A stretch of DNA of 64,000 nucleotides from Lepidodermella squamata (taxonomy: Eukaryota > Animalia > Gastrotricha), in contig JBLDXI010000032.1 in NCBI GenBank assembly GCA_047495785.1, positions 1,302,001 through 1,366,000 of the forward strand. The letters are read 5' to 3'. Positions 22,110 to 34,073 of this stretch are shown one piece after another. The notes under the pieces were generated by a model. It searched no databases. It was not told the origin of the DNA and saw only the letters and a program-made list of their open reading frames with translations. Position 1 is the first letter of the stretch, and each line of letters opens with the position of its first letter. Position numbers and translations under genes: made by a program.

Positions 22110-23977
22110 ATGACAGGAGTAAGTGTGGCTCAGAAGCTGGCAGAAAACACTTTAGCTGGCTCAGCGAAAGAACTGCGACCCATTCCTCTTTCCAAGTAAG
22201 GTTTAAATATCACGGGAATATGACTATTAATTTATGTATTAACTATAGCTTTCGACGTGCCTCGTCCGTTGAAATGGTGCAATTAGTTGTAAAATCTGGA
22301 CATAAGAGCATTGGGGACGGTGCGAAAATTGCCGCACCGGACCCAGGCACAAGCGCAAATTCACATCCGTCAACAGTCACATCTATCCAAGCTGATCATG
22401 TTCTACGGTTATCACAAGAGACGCATAAAAACAAAGTTTTCGAAATAGATCTAAGTGGCAATGCTATCAAGAAAATTGAAAATATCGAAAGCTTCACGCA
22501 TCTAAGAATCCTTGATTTGGCTTGCAATCAGCTCGAGAAGATCGAAAACCTGTCGAAAAATGCTGAGCTCCGTGAGCTGAGGCTGTACGCTAATCGGCTA
22601 CAAAAAATTGAAGGTCTCGATCAACTTAAAAAGCTTTCTGTTCTCAAGCTCCAGCAGAACAAAATTGAAAGTATTGGCGATAGCTTTTCTCAACTGCGTG
22701 CCCTCGAAGTTCTTAGGCTAGATAACAACTGCATCAGAGCTCTGAAAACAGCCGAACTATTGCCTCTTCAAACCTGTTTACGTGTGCTCAATTTAAGCGC
22801 TAACCAGTTGAATGACATCAGTGCTGTTTCGATTTTGTACAGGCTAGAAAGCCTCGACGTTAGCCACAACAACATTCCATCGCTGCCAAACCTCAAAAAA
22901 TGCACCAATCTTCAAGAGCTAAATATTTCATTCAACAGAGTTGATAACCTGTCCGGAATTTCGGAAAACTCTCAACTCATCACGTTGAACGTGTCACACA
23001 ATGCGTTAAAATCGTTCAGAAGTCTTGGCCAGCCGAAGAAACAGCTAGAAAATATCATCGCCCAGTCGAATATCATTGAAACGATAGACGATTTGCCCAA
23101 CATCGCCCCAAATGTGGAAATACTAGATATTTCGAAAAACCGACTGAACAACGCGGAAAAAACTCTTGTGGCACTGACAAGATGTGAGCAACTTGTCGAG
23201 TTGAAGTGCTCTGATAATCCAGTTTTCGATGCAATCGGCCCGCATGAAGTGCGGCAAGCTCTTCCTCGTCTCGAACTGGTAAACGGCGTTAATTTTACAA
23301 AGAAAACATTCTCCGTCACTGGAGATCCTGTTTCATTACGGCCTCAAACGCCACTAGCTAGTGCTAGAGGTGATAGACCGCGAAATAACGGCTTGGACGA
23401 GCAAGACCTGCTAAATTACGGCGGAAGTGGTCCAGTTCTACGGCCGAAAACAGCTACAACCGGGTTAACTATTCGCCAGATTGACTCGATTTTCAATAAT
23501 TTAGACGGAGTGATGGAAAATTTAGAACGGTCTTTCGCGCAAACGTTCGACAAAGTCGTTACAACACTGGATGTCGAGGCTCCTAAGTGCGAAATTCATA
23601 GCAATGAGCTGTCGAATAAAATTTGCAAGGCCTGTTTAGCTGGACGAGAAGGCTTTAAAATGATAAATAAAGACAGCGGTAGTTTTGAAGACGAGCGGGA
23701 GAAAACAAGTGATAGCTTGTTCGATGGTCGAAGCGCCGCGTCTCCATCGCCATCAATCTCAAACTCGACTGGTTCGTCATCTCGAACAGATAAATCTAAG
23801 GAAACTTCGGCGACTAGAAATGCGCTGACTAGACGGCTGGAACAGGCCCGTAGTTACTCGCAAAAAATGAACCAAGCCGGTGGAAAATCATCATCGCCTA
23901 AAATAACGTCGACCAAACCGCCACTAGGATCGGTGCCTCGCCAAAATAGTTTGCCAGGGAAGAACCCGAAATTTTGA
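22110..23977 (+). CDS. SDS22-type leucine-rich-repeat protein with disordered C-terminus, ~604 aa
   Basis: Exons 22110-22195 and 22249-23977 (53-nt intron, phase 2). About 11 LxxLxLxxNxIxxIE repeats, LRRcap-like NPV...LPRLELVNG, RPxT motifs in the tail. Confidence 0.85.
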
Positions 23978-24327
23978 ACTCAAATTATGCATGACTGTTA
24001 TTTTTTTTAAATCCTCAACATGTGATTGTGTGTTTTTTGTGTCGTATTGAGTGTTATTTCGCCCGAATTTTATAATTATTACTATCATCATCATTTGTAG
24101 CGAGAATTCTCCGAATAAATTCGAGTTTTTACTCATAAGGTGGCTTGCGTATTTCTTTCCAGGTCTACATCATGTGTTGGGCGCGAAATCGCGTGCCGAG
24201 TCGCGTGATAAGACACGCGATTTTTTTCGAAACTTTTTCAGATTTTTGCTATTCTACAAACAGAAATTTCAACTCCAACTCTAACTTCAACACAATTTGT
24301 TTACTTTTTACAACTGTTCTAATTGAA

Positions 24328-26251
24328 ATGCGAATCATGGCCATACGATTGTTGATAATTGTTTCGCTGTCGATAAATGCCCAGGTTGGCGATGGGCAGT
24401 ATAATAACTACATACCCGCCGCTGCTTCGCCAGCAGCTTGTTACCAGGTTCCAGCAACTTGCAACGTGGCAACGATCCAAAATCCTTGTTCCATTTCTCC
24501 GACCTGTATGGCGGCTCCTCAAGCACTATGCTACGTAAATTATTGTACGGGAACGCCTTGCATTGGCACTACCGAGTATTTCTACCAAAATCCGACGTAT
24601 ACGGCGAATGCTCAGCGGGTTTACAACTGCCAAACGGTTATGAACGGTAACCCAGCGGCATATCCCTACCAGAATGGCAACTTGTATCCGAATCAGCAAG
24701 TTCCTGGAGGATATGCTAACAATGGTTACTACCCGGGCTACCAAGGCTACCCGGCTGCCCAGCAAAGCTGCTCTGATCTCATCACCGCAATTTTAGGCCC
24801 CGCCGCAGGAGGGTGAGCAAAATTTAGAGAATTTTTCTATTTTTTTGCCAAAGATTTCTTTGTTTTTGAGCGGACGCTTGGTTTTTAAGTTTTGGTGCTC
24901 AAGATTGTTTCATGAGGAAAAAGTTTTCAATTTTCGAGCGAAGCAAAAAACCCCTCAAAATGACAATGAAACAAAGGTTTTCCAATATTTTACGCGGATT
25001 TTAGTTGTGCACCATAGCATTTTTTATAGCATGCTTATTTTAAAAATTTTATTTCCCATACTTCAGGGCTGTCGTTGTTGGTAAGCGTGAAGCGCCGGAT
25101 GAACTGGCTCCCCGGGCGAATCTTCGATTTCGGCGGTCGCTTACCGACGATACGACGACATCATCGACTACAACTACCCAGAATGCTCAGATGTCTTGCA
25201 ATTCAACGGGCTGCTGGGTCCACCAAACCGATGATGGCGTTAGTAATTCGCATTACTTGAATTTTTTTTTAATAATTATTCACAACAACATATTAAAAGA
25301 AAAATGGGATATACTAAGGAGATTAGTAAGATAAGGTGGAAATTTGAGGGCGTGCCAAATGCGCACTTTAAATCTAGTGTTCAATAAATAAATTTGAGGT
25401 TCCAGCTCTATTCATTCATCAAAAATAATGTTCTCGAATTTTTTCGAATTATCGAGCTAAACCAATAGATTTTAGAGTAAACTATGAGCGGTCAGTTTAA
25501 GAGTTATACTTCGACCTGCAGAGCCGGTTATCGATTCCAAGTATCGATTTTACAAATCAGTGATTTTTCTGACCTTAGAAGTCTTACAAGCATAAATTGA
25601 AAACTTTCTACCTAGACGGTACCAGGTATTAGGTAAAATGAAAATTCCACGGATTGGGGACATCACTATAGGTCAAGAAAATAAAAAAAAACAGTTCGGA
25701 AATAAATTGGAAAAATTTAGTGCCTCGACGCTTTAATTTAGCGCTGGAGCTTCAATCTTAGTGGTGCAAATTCAACTATAAGTTTTTTCCGGCTAGTAGA
25801 CGGTTTTGGAAATTGAGCTAGATGGTAATCCTTGAACGGGAATGTGAGCAAATGCTATGAAAATCTGCGAGTTCCAGACGTTGCTAAGATTTGAACCTTA
25901 AATTATGTTGATTGGTTTCAGTTTAATGACGATGATGTGCCTCCAACGGGCGATATGCCTTCGGAACGCGGCCGGTGGCATCAGACACATAAGCTGGTTT
26001 TCCTGCGTGCCTGCGATCTCACTATCTACACGACGCAGTGCTTGTACGGCCAGCAGTGCTGCCAAATCTACGCCTTATTCAACAAGTACTACTGCGTCGG
26101 AAAGGCGCAGAACATCAACCAGAACACGCAGTACAACCAGAACGGCGCCCAGATTCCGATGGTTGTTGGCCACGCTCCGAGTCGCGTCACGCTTGACATC
26201 TTCGCGCTTACCGCAGCTTTATCGACAGCTATAGTAGTACTTCTCAGCTAA
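24328..26251 (+). CDS. Orphan secreted Cys-rich, probably GPI-anchored protein, ~328 aa
   Basis: Exons 24328-24812, 25067-25238, 25922-26251 join in frame. Signal peptide, Cys-rich module, Y/P/Q/G/N-rich linker, GKR and RFRR sites, second Cys module, hydrophobic terminus LDIFALTAALSTAIVVLLS*. Confidence 0.78.
25484..25660. repeat. Dispersed repeat family A, second copy
   Basis: Matches 11318-11510. Confidence 0.7.
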
Positions 26252-28750
26252 ACAATTTTACCTCAATTTTTTGTACATTTTTGGTGAATTTTATTGCGAC
26301 AAAATATAGTAAAAAACGTTGAATTTGATGATAATATGATTGAGAGTAAAATTGAAACATTTTTGACTGCTGTGTCACTACTAGGTACTCAAGCAGGGAA
26401 TGCGCTTGTATCGCAATGGAAAAAGTTCGAGGGAGAATTCAAATTCGAACTCCGATTTCCACGGGAAAATAATTGACCTGTGACATATTGTCCTCACGAA
26501 ACCCGTTCAGCAGGGTGAATCGGACAGGTGGTAATGAAATCCACCTGATAGGCTTGATACAGGGCAAAAATTCAACATTTGAGATGTGAGATCCAATTTA
26601 ACATTCTTACCTGCCTTCGATTTACAAATTTTAGCTTTATGCTCGACAATTTCAACCCGCTCAAATAGTGTCATTATTTGACCTAATTTAAATATTCACA
26701 CCAAGTCGTCCGTAATAAGATTGCGCTACCTTTTCGCGCTACGCAGGGGGCATCGAAGATTATACCAGGAAGATTGTTTTGTTTAAATTCTAATAATCGT
26801 CAAATTTATTCCGATTTTCCCTTTTCGGTCCGTTAAAGATCATTCATTCTTCCTTTTTATTATTTTTTGTATGAATTCCACCACGATTATTTGATAATTT
26901 AGGGACACAGATTATGGTAAATACATTACCAATTACCAATATTTAATTTCCTCGAGTGTTAGGTGTGGGTGATCGCGCTTCGATTCGCCGAAAACGATTG
27001 ACGTAAAATTTCGCAGCTTCAACATCATTCCCCTACACATAGAGACAATAATGTACTAATTACGCTTTTTATCATCCGATCTGGATTATAGCGGCGACCT
27101 GCGCTCGATAGATAATTAACCCGGCGCGAAAAAAATAACATCGGCATAAAATATCCGCATGGCCGCGTCCGGGACAGAAAAAATGGCGACGCATGTGTTG
27201 CGTCAAAATACTCAAACCCGAACGAAAAATGCGGTGATTATGATATAAAGACGCTCACAGGTAAAATATTGCTCGGGAAATTTATCGACAAATCGTGGCG
27301 GCGGCGACGGCGAAAATTGGGCAAGTAAGGTGCCTGACTGACTGATAGGTACAACAGTAGCGCGCTGTATTGCCGCTCTTTTAGCAGAAAGATTAATAGT
27401 AATAATAAAATAATCGTCACGCGCGGTGATGATGAGGCGAAAAAGAGACAGGATGCGCGCTGTATGATAATAATATTATATCACCGATGTGCATGATGAG
27501 GATGACTAAGTAGTAGTATTAGTAGTCGTAGTAGTAGTAGCTTTTTGCGTAACCTACACTCTCCCGCCTATGCTCACTACTCAATTCGTGTCAGCGCTCC
27601 GTTTTCTCCACGCAGCGTTACTACACCCAAGCTTCGAACAACGCTCTTGTGTCCCTCTTGGTGGTGATTCAATTCAAATTTTGAAGCGGAAGTCACGAGT
27701 TATCAGTGATTCACTCAAGCTAGCATTCCTGTTCCTTTAAAACGACAGTTATAAAACGCATTTTGGGTCGAAAAAAATCATTCTACAAAACTATAAATTT
27801 ATTGAATATTCCATTTTTAATTTACAACCTTTCATTTCGAGGGGTACCAGGATTGCCTGGATTTGAATGTGAACTCTCGCAACCAGATTTTCCTATAATT
27901 TTTTCTAGCTTCAATGAAAAATATGTGAATTTAGCCTGAACATCGATTTTGCAAAATTTATTTGCCGATAGTAAGTCTCCCTTAATACGGGTTCCCAGAG
28001 ATTAGAGAAATTGAATTTGTTATAACCAGCTTCTCTATGGAAATTGCCCCAGTTTTTTGCTCTCCAATCTTTGCTAACTAACATCCAATTAGCCAACGTT
28101 TCAGCCCAGGTAAATTTCAAAAACATGGAGTGTGAGGTAATTATAAGGTCTGGCGGCAGCGAGAATTCAAAATTATTAGCCTTTAATTGGCAAATAGAGC
28201 TGTTTCAGTTCCAGGTCAGACGTTCGCATCAGTAGACTAGAGAAAGCCTTTCAACTAAAAAAAGTTTCAATAACGAAAAAACTTCATTTTCCATGACCCT
28301 GTGTAGGTTTTTCCTCTAGTGGCGATGCGAATCCTATCAATTTTACTGTAATTTCCACCTAGTATTTTTGTTTAATGGCGTGCAAATTTTATTCCGATAA
28401 AATGAGATCCTTGAATTGGGGTCGAAATTTGAATTATTTTACGAAACCTGCGAATTTCGACTTGAATTTTATAGCAATAACGCCTATAATTTAGGATCGA
28501 GAGTGATCTTAATAGGCTCTATTACATTACTAGTGCAAAGCACGATTTACGTTCTCGATTCCTCCCTATACCCACTTCCTTGACGTTTCTCTCTTCCGTC
28601 ATTGTATCGCTGAATTGTGATATCTTGCACTGATGTGTAGAATAATTTGCGGAAAATGCATGTCACGCTTGCTCGCTAAAAATTATGCCGTCCTTATATT
28701 CTCAAACATCTAGTGCCATAGTTTTTTATATCGAAATATCTGAATAAACC

Positions 28751-30327
28751 ATGGACAGTCCTAGCAGTCAATCAGCGCCCAGCGAGGTTGGAGCCGCTCA
28801 AACCATCAAACTCGTCTTCTTCGGCGCGAGTAAAAGCGGCAAAACCGCGCTTTTGCGGCGATTTCTGGACAACAAATTCGAGGAGAAATACGTCGAAACC
28901 GTCGAGGACATGTATCAAAAGGTGTTCTCAATACGCGATCGAAAATTCACGGTTTGCTTCTACGACACGGCTGGTTCGAACGAATTCCCAGCCATGCGGC
29001 GCGTTCTCGTGTCTGAAGCCACTGGTTTCGTGATCGTTTGCGCCGCCGACGTGCCTGATTCATTCGAGCAGATGAAATCAGCGTGGTATGAAATCGTCGG
29101 AGCGAAACGGACGTTGGAGCAACTTGAGCAGACGCCTTGTGTTGTTGTACTTTCAAAAACCGACCTGGCCTTAAATGACGCGAATACCCTGGCGGCGAAA
29201 CAGGCGCTTACGTTCAAAATCAACGATTGGCTAGACAATAACATCGCGGCTCAAACGCCCGAGGGTGTCCGCAAACGCAATCTCATATTCACCGAATTAT
29301 CATCCAAGTAAGGCTTCAAATATTTCATTTAAAATTATTGAATGTTCTAAATAATTGCGGCTCAAAATTTGAGGTTCCATCGAAAACATTTTACGTACGA
29401 ATTTTTGCAATTTTTTGCAATCTACAGAAAAATTACTGAGTCGTTAAAATCGATACTCGGAATCAATATCGGCAAACTCTATTTCATGGTGATCAACTCG
29501 GGGTCAAGTTCAAATGGAGTCATATAGAACTCCGTCTACGCTCCATGAGCCGAATTATCGTTAATCGTTTCTTATTTTTTCGATTTTTTTCTGATAATTT
29601 GGTACGGCGACAATACAGCAAATTCGCAGAACAGCGAATGCGACAAAACAGCAAAAACTTTCTATGGACGCATAGTGTTTCTGCTGTTGTGTCGCAAGTT
29701 GAAAAATTTGCTGTTTTGTCTTATTTGCTGTTATGACGGTCTGCCTTTAATTTTTATTTAATTTATGCTGATTTTTCTTAATTTTTAATTTTTCTCAAGT
29801 TTCAAAAATGTTACAAATCAGCTTATGTATAATAACTTGTTATGATAGAACTGGTTCAAACATCAAGTCGCCGTTCGAAAAACTGGTCGATCAAATGCTA
29901 CCTCGGACATCGCCTCCCGGAGCTGGAGATCATGAAAATCAGCGAGAAGTGAAAAGCTCAACTATCGGCCTGTTGGCGGCTAAATCAGCCTCTGCCTCGC
30001 CGGAACCTCAAACCCTGTCGGCCTCAACGCCAGTCAAGCGTGGCTTCAGTCTTTATCGCCGCAAAAAAGAAGGGGCGGCAACAACTGATGATAAGGTTAG
30101 TAGTAGAGATATCTTTTTTCAGACACGTTAGGACAAAGGTCACATATTTTTATCTCGTCCCAATTTTTCAGCCTGATAAACCCGTGGAAAAAGAAAAAAC
30201 CCTCGATCCGGAAAAGTCACTCGATCGGAGCAAAACGCAAAGTAAGAGCTTCATTTTCCGAGGTGGCGCAAAACCGAAAGGCGAAACCGTTCAAAAGCCA
30301 GCCGATGACGAATGCTATTTACAATAA
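28751..30327 (+). CDS. RASD (Rhes/Dexras)/DIRAS-like small GTPase with CAAX, ~319 aa
   Basis: Exons 28751-29307, 29849-30095, 30172-30327. G1 GASKSGKT, YVETVED, G3 DTAGSNEFPAMRR, G4 SKTD, G5 ELSSK, C-terminal CYLQ. Confidence 0.88.
29611..29732. repeat. Palindromic MITE-like repeat family B, copy 1
   Basis: ACAGCAA..CAGAACAGCGAATGCGACAAAACAGCAAA ... TTTGCTGTTTTGTC...GCTGTT; second copy at 41829-41981. Confidence 0.75.
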
Positions 30328-31241
30328 AAAAAAACCAGACCCGGACCAAATCGAAACTAATAGCAATTTTTCTACCCTATCACATTGTTGTCTCGATGTT
30401 TTAGTTTTACAAAGCAAATATTTTTGTCGTGTTACGCCTTTTATTTGTCTAGCCTACGTATTGCCTCCTTCTTTATTATTATAACACAGATGTCGAACAA
30501 AAAAAATAAACTGGAAAAAATGACTCCATTTTATTTCATACGTTACTCTTTTTCATCTATAGAACAACACGACGCGGAAAAATTACATATTTTTCTTTAA
30601 ATGCACAAGTAACGAGGGAAAGAATTGCATCTCTCAAGTTGCGAAAAAGACCGAAGTGCGCAATTTTTTCATCATCGCAAAATGGAGCAGATTTTTAGGC
30701 GTGATTTTTTTTCTCGAAGCAGCCAACTTATACAATATTAATTACGCTACTATAATTTTTTATTACTGTAATCGATGCTTCACAACGGGGCAAAAGATGA
30801 AAATACAACCAGGCTCAGAAAAGTCACCAGACCATTATTAAGTTGAGTAAATAAGTACATAGCGATAACAATAAATTTTGTGGAGAGATAAATGGGAAGG
30901 CGTTTAATACTTTAATTCAGTTAGTTTCAATTATATCGACAACAAAATAAAGAGGTTTTTTTATTAATTCAAGGCGGACCAGACCGTTTTTAGTAAGACA
31001 AGACGAAGCACAGAAAGAACGACATCTACCGGTGAAACAGCACCTCGAAACATCGATAAAAATTTGTTCGAAAACAAAGCGCCTCACTCGAAAAAAATCT
31101 GAACAAATAACATCTGCGTATATAGAATGCCTTGAGCACTAAAATAATCGTTTATTTCTTCCATAATAACAATAGTAAATCCCGCAAGTTATCACTCCTC
31201 TCGTTTGGATTTCTTCATCGCCTCTCCATCTCACATCCAAC

Positions 31242-33593
31242 CTACTTGCCATACATAGTAGCAATATCCTTGGCGTAATAATCCGAAATCGCTTTTCGCT
31301 TCAGCTTCATAGCAGCTGTGACCAGGGTGGGCACAGCATCAGGCAGCCAAATTTCAGGCACTAGCGTGATTTTGGTGGGAATTTCGTAACGCTCCAAATG
31401 CGCCTTGTTCGCCGTATCCGTCACCATCTGCAGCGCTTTCGCCGTCAACTGCGGGTTCTTGCATAGCGCTTTCCATGCATCTAACGAGTCTTCACGGCTA
31501 GCCGGGGTTAGACCCAACTCTTTCGCCAGCGCGTTCAACTGTTTCGGGTTAGGCACGACAAATGCGACCGTGTTCGAGTGGAACGGGTCGGCATACACGC
31601 AGATTTGATCGACGATCGGGCATTCGATGAGGCCGCATTCGACTTTCGACAGAGAAACGTACTCGCCAGCTTGCAGCTTCACCAAATCCTTCTTACGATC
31701 TGAAAATACACAAATTGGTCAACAAAAATCGATTCTTCATAGAGGGTATTAGATTAGCATAAATTACGATCTCATTTAGATAATAGGATTGTCTGCTTTA
31801 AATTACCAATGATTTTAAGAACGCCATCTTCCTGCATTTCACCGATATCGCCAGTGCAAAACGCTCGGTGACCGTCAATGTGGATGAAATCAGCATTCTG
31901 AGCCTCGTTCATCTTGTAATACCCAACTGAGACGTTATCGCCAACAATGATGACCTCGCCACGCGGGTTCGGCTTGTCCGTGGTTCGATAGCCGCCCTCG
32001 TCCCAGTCGCGGAGGCGAATTTCGCAACACGTCAAAACTGAACCAGCCCGACCGATGGAGGTATCGTCGAAATCGGCAACAGTACCAGCACCGCAAGTTT
32101 CAGTCAGACCATATCCTTGAATAACCGGGCTGTAAAAATCGAAAATAGTATACAATTGAAGTTAAATTAAAGTCTTATTACCAGCAAAAGCAGACATTGG
32201 CAAATCGCTGAGTTTCCTCGTTCAAAGGTGCACCTCCACACAGCAAGGCACGAACATTGCCACCGAGAATTCCACGCACGTCCTTGAAGATGAATTTTGT
32301 GAAAACCGGGGTGTCGAAGCCCATCTCGAGTTTACGAAGCTTGTATTCATAGGCGAAATGGAAGATCATGCGAGTGAGCGGTGAGGCTGAGTTGACTTTC
32401 TCCCAGACGGTTTTCGACAGGCGGTCCATGATAGTCGGTACACACGTCATAATTGTCGGTCTCAGCACCGAGGCATCACCCTTGGCGCCTCGTTTGATTT
32501 TCGACGACTGGTCGGTCAAGGTCAATGGAGTGCCATATCCAATTCTAGCACCATGGATGAAACAGCCGAATTCGCAGCACATTTCAAGAATGTGGGCAAG
32601 CGGTAGATAAGCAATGTAAGTGTCGGTCGGCGCTAGATTTTTAATAGCTTTGCATTCTCCGGTGAGACCAGCCATGAGGTTCCGGTGGGAAAGCATAACA
32701 CCCTTCGGAGTTCCAGTTGATCCACTGGTGTACATAATAACTGCAACAGTTTCTGGCTTGGGTGGGACAGGTTCAAACGCCTCTTTGATTTGACCAATCT
32801 CTTGGACGTGACTGAGCGACATGAGCTTCACTTCTGGCGGGAAACCTTTGAGGTCAGCATGCATGCCCTTCTGCTCCATGTAGATCAAATATTTGACATT
32901 TGGCAAGCTTGGCAACAGTTTCTAAAGGAAGACATGGTTATGACAGAATATGATACCATTTATAATTCAAACCTTGAACTTTGGTAAGAGAGCATCGCTT
33001 GTAACAACGTATTTAGTTTCGGCCTCATTTATGCCATGAATAACGGCTTCATCGCCCAAAGTTGCGTACAGAGTGACGATAGGAAAGTTGAACTTGAAGC
33101 AGGCAAGAGCTGTCATAAACCACTCGTGACGAGTCTCTGAGAAAATGACGACGTTAGTGTTGTGGGAAATGCCCAAACTAACAAGGCCCTTGGCAAGATC
33201 AGTGACTTCGCGGATAGTTTCACCGTACGTCTTCCACTTGTAATCTGAGAGGATAAACTTCTTGAAAACTTTGCCGTTTGGTTGTTTCTCGTCCTCTTCA
33301 GCGATAATATCGCGCCAGCCGATAGCTTGCTGATCATAGAATCGCGAAACAGCCTTATCAATGATCTGAGGCAAAGTTGAGCATGAAGGATCCAGTGTTG
33401 TGTCAAGCTCATTAGGCGTGGCAGGACTCCGATAGACACCATTCGCAACCTCAACAGACTTGTCGCGAGTTTTAGCCTTGAAATGGCGCCACGGCTTGAA
33501 GATCAAGCAGTAAGGAATGAAAGTCAGCACTTCATATATGTGCACGACCACCTTCACCACGTAAAAAATCAGCCGAGCGACTGTTTCGTTCAT
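31242..33593 (-). CDS. ACSL3/4: Long-chain fatty-acid-CoA ligase, ACSL3/4 class, ~713 aa
   Basis: Exons 33593-32973, 32921-32182, 32129-31807, 31699-31242 join in frame. IMYTSGSTGTPKGV, YLPLAHILE, QGYGLTET, TGDIGE, DRKKDLVKLQAGEYVSL. Confidence 0.95.
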
Positions 33594-33956
33594 GTAAGCG
33601 CGCCCACAATATTACACTATATAAATATATTGAAATAAGATTGAGAGAAAATGATAAGGATTTAAGGTTCGCACACTACTCAATAGCAATATTGGACACT
33701 CATTCGATGATTCATTATGACTAATCAAACCACTTCAGCGAAAGCTTGCTGAGATCTAAGCCACACGTCACTCAGATAGTAGCTCCACATCACCGCAAAC
33801 CAAGACTTGCGTTTGACACGTAGCCCAAAACTGCGAAAACGCGGGTTTAAATAAAATAATAAATGTCAAAAACAAATGTATTTGTTTATATGTTGATTTA
33901 TGACATAAATAGCGTTTTTAATTTAATTTTTAATTTTTCTGGTTTGATAATATTAC

Positions 33957-33971
33957 GTTGCTATCGGCAAC
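33957..33971 (+). promoter_or_regulatory. RFX X-box in the ACSL/EFCAB5 divergent promoter
   Basis: GTTGCT-ATC-GGCAAC, ~100 nt upstream of the EFCAB5 ATG. Confidence 0.7.
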
Positions 33972-34073
33972 GCCTCCTTGCCCATGTCGATTCCGACGGA
34001 TAGGCATCTACCGACTGGACCTGGGCTATGAGTCGTGTTTGATTGATCTATCCTTTTATACCTAAAGCTGAAG

